The notes: generated from the sequence alone by a model not told the origin. Counted from the stretch's first letter, positions 36,516-46,652 are shown. The stretch: 64,000 nucleotides of DNA from an uncultured Clostridia bacterium (GCA_934756675.1 CAKVLG010000003.1:48768-112767), one strand, 5' to 3'. Program-made: numbers and translations.

Positions 36516-37733
36516 TTAGTAAATCGAGCTGCAAGCAACAGCTGTGCTCCAAGCCACTTGCAAGTTAAACCCACCAGTTAGCGCGTCAACATCAAGTACT
36601 TCGCCAATAAATTGCAAGCCATTAACGATTTTACTTTTCATGTTGCTTGGATTAACAGATTTTAAATCTATGCCACCACTCGTGATAATTGCCCCGTCAA
36701 TTTTTTCAAGCCCACCAATTTTATAATCAAAACCTTTGAGCAATTTGCAAAGTTCGTTTCTTTCATTTTCTGTTAATTGTGCAACTTTTTTAGTTAAATT
36801 TATATGCAACCTTTTTGAAAAAATACCAACCAAACTTTTTGGCAAAAGCCCTTCAAGTAGTGAAGAAAATTGTTTTGCTTTTAACCCTATTATATCGCGG
36901 TCAATTCTATTTCGAAGAACATCAAAAGAAAGTGCCGGCTTAAAATCTATTTCGAGCGTAGTACCAGCAACGTTCCTTGTTATATAACTTGACGCAGTTA
37001 GTGCAATTGGTCCACTCACACCATCGCTAGTAAAAAGCATTTCTCCAATCTCGCTGACGAACAATTCTTTTTGCTTATTTTTAACAGTTAGTCTAACATT
37101 TTTGAGCGACAATCCTTCAAGCTTTTTTGGTTCGTCCGAAATCAATTTTATGCCAACAAGTGCAGCGGTTGGAGCAATAATTTTATGCCCAGCACTCTCT
37201 GCAAAAGCATACCCATCACCCGTACTTCCAGTTAACGGATAACTTATGCCGCCAGTAGCAATAATTACGCTATCAAACGTTTTTTCTGCATTATTTACAA
37301 TAATTCCTTCGCATTTTGCGTTTTTTACAACAATGCCAAGTACATTTGTTTCGAGATTAACTTTCACTTTTAAACGCTTTAATTCGTTTTCTAAGCACTT
37401 TATTACATCACTAGATTTATCACTTTGCGGAAACACTCTTCCGCCGCGTTCAATCTTTATTTTTAACCCTAAATCCTCAAAAAACTTTATTGTGTCTGCA
37501 GAGTTAAACCTAGCTTCGCTGCTCATCATAAACTTTTCACCATGAACAATATTTGCCAAAAAGTCTGACCCGGTAGCAACATTGCAAATATTACATCTAC
37601 CCTTTCCTGTGATAAAAAGTTTTTTGCCAAGCTTCTCATTTTTTTCATAAAGAAAAACATCATGACCTTTGCGTGCGATCATGATTGCTGCCATCATTCC
37701 AGAAGCTCCACCACCAATTATAGCAACTTTCAT
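36516..37733 (-). CDS. NAD(P)/FAD-dependent oxidoreductase, HI0933/YhiN (BaiN-like) family
   Basis: 405 aa. N-terminal dinucleotide fold MKVAIIGGGASGMMAA; length and motifs fit the HI0933-like flavoproteins. Confidence 0.78.
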   Translation of the reverse strand: MKVAIIGGGASGMMAAIMIARKGHDVFLYEKNEKLGKKLFITGKGRCNICNVATGSDFLANIVHGEKFMMSSEARFNSADTIKFFEDLGLKIKIERGGRVFPQSDKSSDVIKCLENELKRLKVKVNLETNVLGIVVKNAKCEGIIVNNAEKTFDSVIIATGGISYPLTGSTGDGYAFAESAGHKIIAPTAALVGIKLISDEPKKLEGLSLKNVRLTVKNKQKELFVSEIGEMLFTSDGVSGPIALTASSYITRNVAGTTLEIDFKPALSFDVLRNRIDRDIIGLKAKQFSSLLEGLLPKSLVGIFSKRLHINLTKKVAQLTENERNELCKLLKGFDYKIGGLEKIDGAIITSGGIDLKSVNPSNMKSKIVNGLQFIGEVLDVDALTGGFNLQVAWSTAVACSSIY

Positions 37734-37743
37734 TTGTTACTCC

Positions 37744-38448
37744 TTAAAGTGATTTTAGGTAATCTACTTCATACTCTTTCAATTCGCGATATTTTCCACG
37801 AACAACACCGCCAAGCTTAAGCTCGCCAATACTCATGCGTTTAAGGAATATTACATTGTTACCAACAGCCTCGAACATTCTGCGAATTTCGTGATTTTTA
37901 CCTTCGGTTATTGTGACTTCAAGTTTTGTAATCTTTCCGTCAAAAGATTTCTTTTCAACCTTTGCTTTGCCAAATCTTTCGCCATCTATAACTACACCAT
38001 TACGGAGCACGGCAAGTGCGCCTTCTTTAACTTCGCCTTCAACCCTAACAATATATGTCTTTGGAACAGCGTGCGATGGGTGCGTTAGATTAAAAATTAA
38101 ATCGCCATCATTTGTCAAAAGTAAAAGGCCTTCACTATTATAGTCAAGGCGTCCAACTGGTTTAACAAATCTAAGGTTTTCTGGCAAAAGATCAAGAACC
38201 GTCTTTCTTCCTTTTTCATCAGATACCGAACAAATATAACCTTTTGGTTTGTGCATCATAAGATACACCATATCTTCTTTAGCTTTTACACTTTGGTCAT
38301 CAACCAATACTTCATCATTTTCTTTTATATCGGTTGTAAGGTTGGTAACAACGACACCATTAACTTTAACCCTGCCACCAAGCACCAACTCTTCACTTTT
38401 TCTACGTGAAGCAATGCCTGCACCCGATAAATATTTATTAATTCTCAT
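37744..38448 (-). CDS. rluB: 23S rRNA pseudouridine synthase RluB-type (S4 domain + RsuA/RluB catalytic domain)
   Basis: S4 motif INKYLSGAGIASRRKSEELV and catalytic GRLDYNSEGLLLLTNDG. Start at ATG 38448. Confidence 0.85.
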   Translation of the reverse strand: MRINKYLSGAGIASRRKSEELVLGGRVKVNGVVVTNLTTDIKENDEVLVDDQSVKAKEDMVYLMMHKPKGYICSVSDEKGRKTVLDLLPENLRFVKPVGRLDYNSEGLLLLTNDGDLIFNLTHPSHAVPKTYIVRVEGEVKEGALAVLRNGVVIDGERFGKAKVEKKSFDGKITKLEVTITEGKNHEIRRMFEAVGNNVIFLKRMSIGELKLGGVVRGKYRELKEYEVDYLKSL

Positions 38449-38459
38449 AAAACCCTTTG

Positions 38460-39620
38460 TTAGCAAAAATCTTTGACAATTTTATAGAAATTATTTTTAA
38501 AACTATCTCCTTCTGCTTCTTTTATAGTATAGGTTTTACCGCAAAAAATCAAGTGTTTTCCAAGAGTTACGTTAATCTCTCCGCATATTGTATCTTTTTT
38601 AAATGGCGCATTTATCTCACTATCTAGTTTTGTTGTAATTTTAATATCATTTATTTCGCCATTTGCTAACGGATAACTAAACCCACCCTTAACATAACAA
38701 TCGACATTATTTATATTATCATCGCCATTAACTTTAACTTGCCCAGCGGTTTGATTTTGTTTTAAAATTTCAACCATTTTATATGTATCAAAGGCTTTAT
38801 CTAAAAGTGCTTCAGTTTGCTCAAACATTGGTTTACAGTTTAGCACTACACAAACAACTTGCATGCCATTTTTAGTTGCGCTGCCAACAAAACATCTTCC
38901 AGCTTTTCCAGTGTAGCCAGTTTTAACGCCGTCAGCATGCTCATAGTTTTTCAAAAGTTTATTCTTATTTTTAAGCAAGCGTTTTTCATTTTTATTTTTA
39001 GCGAACTCTTTAGAAATCGTGGTTTCTTTGGTTTTTACAATTTTGGCAAACTCCGGGTTTTTAAGAGCAATTGATGCGAGCAATGCTAAGTCGTATGGAG
39101 TTGTAAAATGTTTTTGATTATCAAGTCCGTGGGAATTGGCAAGATGAGTATCATTTGCACCAAGCGACTTAACAAATTCATTTGTGTAATCTAAAAAATT
39201 TTGAACTGAACCAAAAACAGAAATAGCCAGTGCCATACTTGCATCATTACCACTTCTAAGCATTAAGCCATATAATAGTTCCCTTATTGTTAAGTGTTCA
39301 CCTTCTTCAAGATAAATGCTAGTACCAGGAATTATTGTAGCTTCCTTTGGAATACAAACAACTTTGTCTAGGTCATCACACCTAGACAAAACGCTAAGTG
39401 CAGTTACTATTTTTGTTGTGCTAGCCATAGGCATTTTCTCGTGCAATGATTTTTGATTTAATACTCTTTTCGATTGAGTTTCCATAACACACATACCACG
39501 CATACTACTAAGATTTACTTTTTGATTTTTTGCAAAAGAAAAATTTGGCGTTTTAACAAAAAACGCAAAATTTAACACAATACAGAGTAAAAACACTAAT
39601 ATTTTACTTATTTTTACCAT
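38460..39620 (-). CDS. D-alanyl-D-alanine carboxypeptidase (PBP5/DacF/DacB family)
   Basis: 386 aa with signal peptide, SxxK (ASTTK), SGN and KTG motifs, and a C-terminal beta-sandwich domain. Confidence 0.85.
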   Translation of the reverse strand: MVKISKILVFLLCIVLNFAFFVKTPNFSFAKNQKVNLSSMRGMCVMETQSKRVLNQKSLHEKMPMASTTKIVTALSVLSRCDDLDKVVCIPKEATIIPGTSIYLEEGEHLTIRELLYGLMLRSGNDASMALAISVFGSVQNFLDYTNEFVKSLGANDTHLANSHGLDNQKHFTTPYDLALLASIALKNPEFAKIVKTKETTISKEFAKNKNEKRLLKNKNKLLKNYEHADGVKTGYTGKAGRCFVGSATKNGMQVVCVVLNCKPMFEQTEALLDKAFDTYKMVEILKQNQTAGQVKVNGDDNINNVDCYVKGGFSYPLANGEINDIKITTKLDSEINAPFKKDTICGEINVTLGKHLIFCGKTYTIKEAEGDSFKNNFYKIVKDFC

Positions 39621-40011
39621 TTTTCTGATTTTTATCCTTATTTATAATTTTAGTTAAAACACTAGGAATCTCTGATAATAATTTTTCAAAAGCCGATCTA
39701 TCATCGACTTTTATATAGTCAGTTCCAGTTTCACTATAACTAATAAACCCAATTGGCGTAACACAAAGCCCGGCACCACTACCACCAGCAAACGGAAAAT
39801 TTTGAGTAACTTTTATATCTTTTTCTTTTGCATCATATTCGCCGCCACCAGCAACAAACCCCATAGACACCTTTGCAATTGGCACCAATGTTTTTGTTTC
39901 AGAAACAACTATTGGGTTACCAACAATTGTATCAACTTCCACCAGGTTTTTAATTTTACTCATAGCGCTTGTCATTAAACTTTCTATTCTGTTTTCATCA
40001 TTAAGTTTCAC
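39604..40011 (-). CDS. ytfJ: sporulation protein YtfJ (GerW family)
   Basis: 135 aa. VGNPIVVSETKTLVPIAKVSMGFVAGGGEY and FAGGSGAGLCVTPIGFI are typical YtfJ/GerW motifs. Confidence 0.8.
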   Translation of the reverse strand: MKLNDENRIESLMTSAMSKIKNLVEVDTIVGNPIVVSETKTLVPIAKVSMGFVAGGGEYDAKEKDIKVTQNFPFAGGSGAGLCVTPIGFISYSETGTDYIKVDDRSAFEKLLSEIPSVLTKIINKDKNQKNGKNK

Positions 40012-40558
40012 TATTTTTCTCCTTTATTGTCTTTTTACTTATAACTAAACATTTTAGCAACTTTATAATACTAATCGACACTGTAACAAAACTTGTGACT
40101 TCCATTACATCTTTATTATAGTTTGGATCAATATCAAGAAATTGATACACAAAATTATTTTTAGTTTTTATAATAGCATAAAGCGAACTAAAAATACTTT
40201 CGCACACACCACAAACCAAAGCCGTTTTGCATGCATCTTGCTTATCACCAAACGCAAAATAAAACTCGATAACTTCCACATTCATTTCTTTTAATATATT
40301 CTTAAACATTTCGTTTAATAAATCTTCATTTGTATTTTCCTTAAAAATCATATCGTTATTATTTTCAAATTCAAGTTTACCATTTTGAATAGAAAGTCTA
40401 CCACAAAGCAGATTTATAAAAAGTGTTTTAACAGAATAAAAACCTTTGTTTTCCAAAAAGTTTAAATGTAATTTTATCTTTATTTTAAACGGAAAGACCA
40501 ACCACAGAAAAACAAACAAAAAAATAAACACTATAAGTAAAATCGTTTTATAATTCAT
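40001..40558 (-). CDS. YtfI-like (DUF2953-type) sporulation-associated membrane protein
   Basis: 185 aa with an N-terminal TM. Called mainly from its position directly upstream of, and overlapping, ytfJ as in Bacillus. Confidence 0.45.
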   Translation of the reverse strand: MNYKTILLIVFIFLFVFLWLVFPFKIKIKLHLNFLENKGFYSVKTLFINLLCGRLSIQNGKLEFENNNDMIFKENTNEDLLNEMFKNILKEMNVEVIEFYFAFGDKQDACKTALVCGVCESIFSSLYAIIKTKNNFVYQFLDIDPNYNKDVMEVTSFVTVSISIIKLLKCLVISKKTIKEKNSET

Positions 40559-40590
40559 ACTTATAGTGTTTGCAAAATTTTTATTTTTAT

Positions 40591-41274
40591 CTATACAAAA
40601 TCGGTATCATCGTCACTATCTTGAGCCGTTGAATCATCTACCATTTCGCTAGCTGCTGCAATGTTTTTTAGACCAAGTTTTTTCTCCATATCTTCATCAG
40701 ACTCATCTTTAATTTCAAAGTGGTTATATAAACTATCTGATTTATTTTCGTGAATCACCTTAACACGCTCAAGCAATTCATTATAGTCTGGTAAATCATT
40801 GATTGACGAGATATTAAATCTTTTCAAGAACTCGTCTGTTGTACCAAAAAGTGTAGGTTTACCTACCGAATCTTTGCGACCAACAATTTGAATAAGGTTA
40901 TGTTCCATTAAAATATTGATTGCATAGTCAGAGCTAACACCACGAATTTCTTCTATTTCAAGTCTTGTGATTGGTTGCTTATATGCAATAATTGCGGCGG
41001 TTTCAAGTGTTGCTTTAGATAAATTTCTTTGCCTTATCGGATTAAGCACCAATGCTACTTGATCTGAGTAATTAGAATTTGTAGAAAACTGCAATTTATT
41101 GTTAAATTCATTCAACTTTATACCACTTTCTGCATTATATTTTGTTTTAAGCACTTCTACGGCATCTTTTATCTCTTTTGGTTTTACATCTAAAAGTGAT
41201 GCCATTTCATTAATATCAATAGCGTCACCAGATACAAATAATATGCTTTCTATAATATTTTCTAAGTTATTCAT
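40591..41274 (-). CDS. scpB: segregation and condensation protein B
   Basis: 227 aa. IESILFVSGDAI, IAYKQPITRLEIEEIRGV, and an acidic tail. Overlaps the scpA stop. Confidence 0.9.
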   Translation of the reverse strand: MNNLENIIESILFVSGDAIDINEMASLLDVKPKEIKDAVEVLKTKYNAESGIKLNEFNNKLQFSTNSNYSDQVALVLNPIRQRNLSKATLETAAIIAYKQPITRLEIEEIRGVSSDYAINILMEHNLIQIVGRKDSVGKPTLFGTTDEFLKRFNISSINDLPDYNELLERVKVIHENKSDSLYNHFEIKDESDEDMEKKLGLKNIAAASEMVDDSTAQDSDDDTDFV

Positions 41275-42043
41275 GACTTAACTCCTTTTTAGTAATTTCT
41301 ATATCACCAAGTGGTTCAGGTTGATTTACAATAATTAATTGATTTTTTAATAATTCCAATAGTGCCAAAAATGTGTTTATTATTTCACTTTTTGAGTAAT
41401 CTTCTTCAAAAAGTTCACTAAACATAAATCTATCTTTTTTAAGCAAACCATCTTTAATTTGAGCTATTTTTTGTGCAACAGTGAACCTGTCTTTAACAAT
41501 TTTCTTTTCTTGGATTTCTTCTGATTTTTCACTCACTTTATGCATAAGTGACGAGAATGCATCAATCAATTTTTCAAACGACAAATCACCAAGTTCATAT
41601 CTAAAACCAAACGCTTCTTTTTCTGGTTCCTTATAAAATTTGTCTGGGTCTTCGATAACCTTTAATTTTTCGGTAGCTTCTTTAAATAGTTTATATTCTT
41701 CGAGCTGTCTTATAAGTTTTTGTTCTGGATCTTCGGCATCTTCTTCAATTACTTCTGGTTTTGGTAATAATTTTTTAGATTTTATTTCAATTAACGTTGC
41801 TGCCATATCGATAAAGTCAGAGGCTTTTTCAACATCTATGTCATCAATATTTTGCATAATTTCTAGATATTGTTCGGTAATTTTTGAAATAAAAATATCA
41901 TGAATATCAATCTTAGCATTTTTGATTAATTGCAACAACAAATCAAGCGGCCCTTCGAACTGGTCTAGCTTAAACCTAAACCCGTCACTTTCTTCCACTT
42001 CTTCATCAATTGCAATATTTTCTTGATCTAAATTCTCTTCCAT
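41267..42043 (-). CDS. scpA: segregation and condensation protein A
   Basis: FEGPLDLLLQLIKNAKIDIHDI motif. Start at ATG 42043. Confidence 0.9.
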   Translation of the reverse strand: MEENLDQENIAIDEEVEESDGFRFKLDQFEGPLDLLLQLIKNAKIDIHDIFISKITEQYLEIMQNIDDIDVEKASDFIDMAATLIEIKSKKLLPKPEVIEEDAEDPEQKLIRQLEEYKLFKEATEKLKVIEDPDKFYKEPEKEAFGFRYELGDLSFEKLIDAFSSLMHKVSEKSEEIQEKKIVKDRFTVAQKIAQIKDGLLKKDRFMFSELFEEDYSKSEIINTFLALLELLKNQLIIVNQPEPLGDIEITKKELSHE

Positions 42044-42050
42044 AAAACAC

Positions 42051-42722
42051 CTACACAAACAAACTAAAAAATTTACTCCATACCCACCTTAAGCCATCAA
42101 ACATTGGATAAAGTGTGAAATTAAAATATATCGATGCAAACACATAAACTAAAATATACATAAACAAGGTATTATGCTTTACAAATTCAACATATTTATT
42201 ACCCGGCTTTGTCAACGCTTCCACAATTCTAAACCCATCAAGTGGATACACTGGTAATAAATTGAAAAATGCCATTGCCAGCGAAACCAATGCACCATAA
42301 GAGAAAAACAAATAATACATTACATATAAAAAATTACTAGGGGTGTATGGCACAAATGTTAAGAACGCAACAAGCAACCCCGTGAACACGACACCTTCGA
42401 TTAGATTTGTAATAATACCAGCCAATGCAACTCTTACTTCACTTTTTCTGCCACGCTTAAAATTCCTTGGGTCAACTGGGACAGGTTTTGCCCAACCAAA
42501 ACCAAAGATAAGCAAACATAGAAATCCTTTTAAATCAATATGAGCGAGCGGAGCTAAGGTGTAGCGCTTCAAATAATATGCCGTGTAGTCGCCTTCTTTT
42601 TTTGCTGCCCAGCTATGAGCAAACTCATGCGTTGGCATAACAATAAACAGAACTGACAAATAAGCAATCAGCCCAGCAAGTGCTTGTAACAAATCTCCAC
42701 TGAATAACGATAAAAAGATCAT
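42051..42722 (-). CDS. site-2 protease family (peptidase M50) membrane metalloprotease
   Basis: 223 aa, multi-TM, with HEFAHSW (HExxH) and a downstream LPVYPLDG motif. Confidence 0.8.
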   Translation of the reverse strand: MIFLSLFSGDLLQALAGLIAYLSVLFIVMPTHEFAHSWAAKKEGDYTAYYLKRYTLAPLAHIDLKGFLCLLIFGFGWAKPVPVDPRNFKRGRKSEVRVALAGIITNLIEGVVFTGLLVAFLTFVPYTPSNFLYVMYYLFFSYGALVSLAMAFFNLLPVYPLDGFRIVEALTKPGNKYVEFVKHNTLFMYILVYVFASIYFNFTLYPMFDGLRWVWSKFFSLFV

Positions 42723-42778
42723 TGTTTACCCCAAGTAGATTTTAACACATTTTTTATTTTTAAGTCAATTTTATATCA

Positions 42779-42812
42779 TAAAAAAATAGCCAATTACATG
42801 GCTATTTTTTTG
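42779..42812 (-). terminator. intrinsic terminator after the DD-carboxypeptidase gene
   Basis: AAAAAAATAGCC-(8 nt)-GGCTATTTTTTT, usable on both strands. Confidence 0.75.
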
Positions 42813-42828
42813 TATTAATTTGTATACT

Positions 42829-43983
42829 TTACCATCGCTCTACAAGTTTAGTTATAACATCTTGTAGTGAAAGTACAGGTACAAAATCCATTGTTACAAG
42901 GTTAGCTTCATCAACGACAATCCCATTTGTTTCTGTTAAATAAATTTTTCCAACAACAGTGCCAGCTGCAAGTGGAGCTTTTTGTGGCTCAATTTTTGTA
43001 ACAATTTTATATTCACCTATTTCATTGTTTTTCTCAAAAATACACAAATTTCTATCGGATTTCACACCAACATTGCCACATTTTGCGTTTTTTACAACAA
43101 TTTCAGCAACTTGTTTTTGATTGTCTACTATTATCTTATTAGTGTAATTAGCGAATGCATAACTATATAAATCTTTTAATTCACTAAATCTTGTTTTAGA
43201 ATCTTCTGCACCTAAAATACTTGCAATTATCCTTGTATCACCTTTTTTTGCAACACCGACAAAGCAATACTTGGCAGTATTTGTATGGCCTGTTTTTCCG
43301 CCTTGAATAAAATTAAAAGTTTTTACAAGTCTGTTTGTATTAACAAGTTCTGTTTTACGTCCACTTGGGTGAATAATTTCATCCATCCAAACTTTACAAT
43401 ATCTATTAAAAATTTCATTATCAATAATTTGCTTAATAGCTTTGCTCATATCTTTTGCTGTCGAATATGCGTTTAGTGATGGCAACCCTGTTGAATTTTC
43501 GAAATTACTATTTGTCATACCAATGCTTTTTGCATACTCATTCATTTTATGCACAAATATATTTTCTGTGCCACTTACGTGCTCACTTATTGCAACCATA
43601 CTATCATTTGCCGATGCGATGACAATTGTTTTAATAAGCTCTTCTAGCCCGTACGAGCTTCCAGCATCTAGAAATGCAGAACTACCTTCTGTATCAGCAG
43701 CAGTTTTGCTTACTGTTATTTTGTCGCTAAGTTTAACATTTCCCTTGTTTATTTCATCAAAAACTACTGCGAGCGACACAACTTTTGTCATGCTTGCAAT
43801 TGGTCTTTTTTCTTCGGCATTCTTCTCATATACCACTTTACCGCTATAATAGTCGCACACGTATGCGGCTGGCGATTTTATTTCTAAATCATCACTTGCG
43901 GCAAACACACAATCTTTAAGAGATTGTATTGGTAACATACAAAGAGCAAGAATAATAGCAATTATAAAACATATCTTTTTCAT
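42829..43983 (-). CDS. D-alanyl-D-alanine carboxypeptidase (DacB-like)
   Basis: 384 aa with signal peptide and motifs SxxK (ASMTK), SAN/SxN and KTGHT. Confidence 0.85.
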   Translation of the reverse strand: MKKICFIIAIILALCMLPIQSLKDCVFAASDDLEIKSPAAYVCDYYSGKVVYEKNAEEKRPIASMTKVVSLAVVFDEINKGNVKLSDKITVSKTAADTEGSSAFLDAGSSYGLEELIKTIVIASANDSMVAISEHVSGTENIFVHKMNEYAKSIGMTNSNFENSTGLPSLNAYSTAKDMSKAIKQIIDNEIFNRYCKVWMDEIIHPSGRKTELVNTNRLVKTFNFIQGGKTGHTNTAKYCFVGVAKKGDTRIIASILGAEDSKTRFSELKDLYSYAFANYTNKIIVDNQKQVAEIVVKNAKCGNVGVKSDRNLCIFEKNNEIGEYKIVTKIEPQKAPLAAGTVVGKIYLTETNGIVVDEANLVTMDFVPVLSLQDVITKLVERW

Positions 43984-44030
43984 AATTTCACCTCAATCTT
44001 AGTATTATAAAACAAAGGTAAAATTATTCA

Positions 44031-44654
44031 CTAGAAACTAATAACAATTAAACTTTTAACAAGAAGCGGAATTATTATCGTATGCACAATACAAACAAAA
44101 ACACTCATAATAAAGCAAGATAATAGTAATCCACCATACTTTGTGTAGCTGCAAGAACTTTTATAATCCATATTAAATCTTCTTGCAACATAAGCCCTGC
44201 TTATGCTTACCCCGCAAAAAAATGCCATTACAATTAAGTTTGCAAGATTGATTGGAATTATTAGCAGCAACGAATTAACAACACCGCTTACACCATAAAG
44301 AGATATTATTGCCCCACACGAAACAACAAGTAGCATGCATTGATATCCAATAACCAAAACAGCAATGAAAGATGTATATATTGTAAGCGTTGTTAAAAAG
44401 ATAATAAGTAAAAATAAAATTGAGTTTAAAATTTTACTAAAAAATAGTGACGAAATATTTACAGAGCCATTTATATATTCAAACAAGTTTTTGTCTACTG
44501 GCGACAAGATATTTTCGTATGTCGATGATGAAAATACAATAAAAAAACCTAAACCAATACCAAACACAATTGCGAGCACAACAAAAAAATACACCCAAAA
44601 ATTGTTTTTCAGATGCATTTTTATTTCAAATATAAATCTATCAAAATGCGTCAT
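44031..44654 (-). CDS. spoIIM: stage II sporulation protein M
   Basis: 207 aa with about 5 TM. Architecture and motifs (IKMHLKNNFWVYFFVVLAIVFGIGLG; LLIIPINLANLIV) resemble SpoIIM. Start may be the internal Met 13. Confidence 0.55.
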   Translation of the reverse strand: MTHFDRFIFEIKMHLKNNFWVYFFVVLAIVFGIGLGFFIVFSSSTYENILSPVDKNLFEYINGSVNISSLFFSKILNSILFLLIIFLTTLTIYTSFIAVLVIGYQCMLLVVSCGAIISLYGVSGVVNSLLLIIPINLANLIVMAFFCGVSISRAYVARRFNMDYKSSCSYTKYGGLLLSCFIMSVFVCIVHTIIIPLLVKSLIVISF

Positions 44655-44689
44655 ATTAAATTATATGTCGCAAATATTTTTGTATGATA

Positions 44690-45418
44690 TTAAGCATATA
44701 ATTCTTCAGCTAAAAACAAAATAAACGAACGAATAAATTCTGAATTACTAGATTTATCCATAGCTTCCGCTAAGTTGTAATATTTTGTATTTTCGAGCTT
44801 GCGGTAATCGAGATCCAGCGAAGATTGGTTAAGCGCAATTCGAATGCATCTTTCTACCGAGCCACTGCTAACATTTCTTCTTTCACCAACAGCACGATAA
44901 ACCTTCATCATATTTGCACCATACTTGTTTTTATCGCGACTAATTATTTCAATGGCATCTTTTAAATATCCATAACCTTTAAATCTTTTCTTAACTTCCA
45001 AAATATCGAGAACTTCGGTAATACGTTGCGGCGAAACAAAGAAACCATTGCATGTATCATTCCCAAATGGGTGTTTAATTCTTAAAAAAACATTGTAAAG
45101 CTGAACATCAACATCTTTAATAAAATAACTATAATCAATATATGGAACATTAAAACAAGTGTTAGAAAATGTCGCAATACAAATTTCAACAAAACTACTC
45201 TTAATTATTTTTAGCGTATCTTTAAGCAAATCATCAATTTTATCTTTTATAACAATAATCCCATTAGGTCTATCCTGTTCGATCCTAATAAACAAATCTT
45301 CCATATTATAGACTTTATCTATAAGCGAAAAATTGCAAACCTTCATAAATTCTTTAAGTTTATCACTTATTTTGTAACTATTGTCACAATAAATTAAAAT
45401 TTTGATTTCTTCTTTCAT
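44690..45418 (-). CDS. spo0A: sporulation master regulator Spo0A (divergent receiver domain)
   Basis: C-terminal half matches Spo0A_C signatures (KGYGYLKDAIEII, SGSVERCIRIAL, SNSEFIRSF). Lies directly downstream of spoIVB as in Bacillus and Clostridium. Confidence 0.75.
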   Translation of the reverse strand: MKEEIKILIYCDNSYKISDKLKEFMKVCNFSLIDKVYNMEDLFIRIEQDRPNGIIVIKDKIDDLLKDTLKIIKSSFVEICIATFSNTCFNVPYIDYSYFIKDVDVQLYNVFLRIKHPFGNDTCNGFFVSPQRITEVLDILEVKKRFKGYGYLKDAIEIISRDKNKYGANMMKVYRAVGERRNVSSGSVERCIRIALNQSSLDLDYRKLENTKYYNLAEAMDKSSNSEFIRSFILFLAEELYA

Positions 45419-45527
45419 ATTCTTACCGCCGACTGGTTATATTCTAACAAACTTAAATAGAAAAAGCAACTCAAATTTTCAAAATTTTACAAATATTTTC
45501 AAAAATGATTATTTTTCATAAATTTTA

Positions 45528-46652
45528 TTAATTATTGACCATATAATCGATATAAACAGCAAAACCTTTTGTTGGGTCGTTCACAAAAACATGCGTCATT
45601 GCACCAACCAGAGCTTCGTTTTGTACAATCGGGCTACCACTCATACCCTGAACAATGCCGCCAGACTTTTCAAGCAACCTGTCATCTGTAATTCTTATAA
45701 CCATATTCTTCTTATTATCGGCATAATTTATTTTTACTATATCTATATCATAATAATCCGGAACTGTCCCCGAAAGTGTACACAAAATTTTCGCCTTACC
45801 CGTTTTTACTTGATTTTTTGTAGCGGTTTTTGCTTGCCTGTTATTTGTATACTTAGCAGCATTAGCTTCAAACTTTCCATACACGCCAACGTCACTATTT
45901 TTATCCAGCACCCCTAGGCTTTTACCAGACTTCAAAAACATACCACGGAGTTCGCCCGGCGTTCCACGTTTTCCTTTGCTAATACCAACAATGTTGCAAT
46001 TGAAAATATTACCAGTCTTAATGTGCATTTTGCTGCCAGTATCAATATCGCACACGGGGTGGCCAAGTGCACCAAATCTTTTATTATCTTTTCTTATATA
46101 CGTAAGCGTGCCAACACCAGCCGCATTGTCACGTATCCAAAGTCCAAGTTTATATTTTTCTGAAAGAGTATCAAGTTCTGGTTTTATTTGTGTTTTATGT
46201 TTATTTTTTCCACGTAAAACTTCAGCCTCTAAGGTTTTACCTTGCATTTCTTTGTTATTAATAATTTGCTCTATATCTGCAGCAGATTCTAAAATTCTTC
46301 CGTTTAGCGAATACAAAATATCACCTTCTTTTATATCTGAGTTTTGTGTCGGTTTTCTGTCGCCTTCTGGCGTCATAACATTACTTATTGCCACAACGAC
46401 AACACCTTCACAAGTAAGTGTAAACCCAAGCGGGTTGCCACCCAGATACACATCAATTGGCTGCTCGGAACTTTCGACTTTGTTTTTTCCAAACAAGTTT
46501 CTAAAAAAATCTTTTATCCAACCAAGAGCTTCAGCATTGCACTTTACCACTTCAACCGGTTCGTTATAAATTGGGTGAATAACTGGAGAAATTAGCATAA
46601 AATTTATGCTTAAAACTATTGCTACAATAAAAAAAACTATTCGCTTTTTCAT
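45528..46652 (-). CDS. spoIVB: SpoIVB signalling serine peptidase (S55)
   Basis: 374 aa with an N-terminal TM, a PDZ region, and catalytic motifs GALGHPV and GMSGSPIV. Confidence 0.9.
   Translation of the reverse strand: MKKRIVFFIVAIVLSINFMLISPVIHPIYNEPVEVVKCNAEALGWIKDFFRNLFGKNKVESSEQPIDVYLGGNPLGFTLTCEGVVVVAISNVMTPEGDRKPTQNSDIKEGDILYSLNGRILESAADIEQIINNKEMQGKTLEAEVLRGKNKHKTQIKPELDTLSEKYKLGLWIRDNAAGVGTLTYIRKDNKRFGALGHPVCDIDTGSKMHIKTGNIFNCNIVGISKGKRGTPGELRGMFLKSGKSLGVLDKNSDVGVYGKFEANAAKYTNNRQAKTATKNQVKTGKAKILCTLSGTVPDYYDIDIVKINYADNKKNMVIRITDDRLLEKSGGIVQGMSGSPIVQNEALVGAMTHVFVNDPTKGFAVYIDYMVNN

Noticed and set aside
45419-45527. Spo0A boxes (TGTCGAA) and a sigma-H promoter upstream of spo0A, plus the direct repeat TTTTGAAAAT x2
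   Set aside because: No match to the 0A-box consensus and no convincing sigma-H -35/-10 pair could be read. The repeat is short and A/T-only. I cannot support a regulatory call.
45976-46569. Long antisense ORFs inside genes. Examples: 197 aa opposite spoIVB, 184 aa opposite xseA (48929..49483), 169 aa opposite spoIIIAA/AB (55004..55513), and 147 and 110 aa opposite mutS (1384..2184)
   Set aside because: They are shadow ORFs of well-supported minus-strand genes. Their composition is Ser/Leu/Phe/Ile-rich and low in complexity. They have no SD or recognisable motifs, and they would overlap conserved genes completely.
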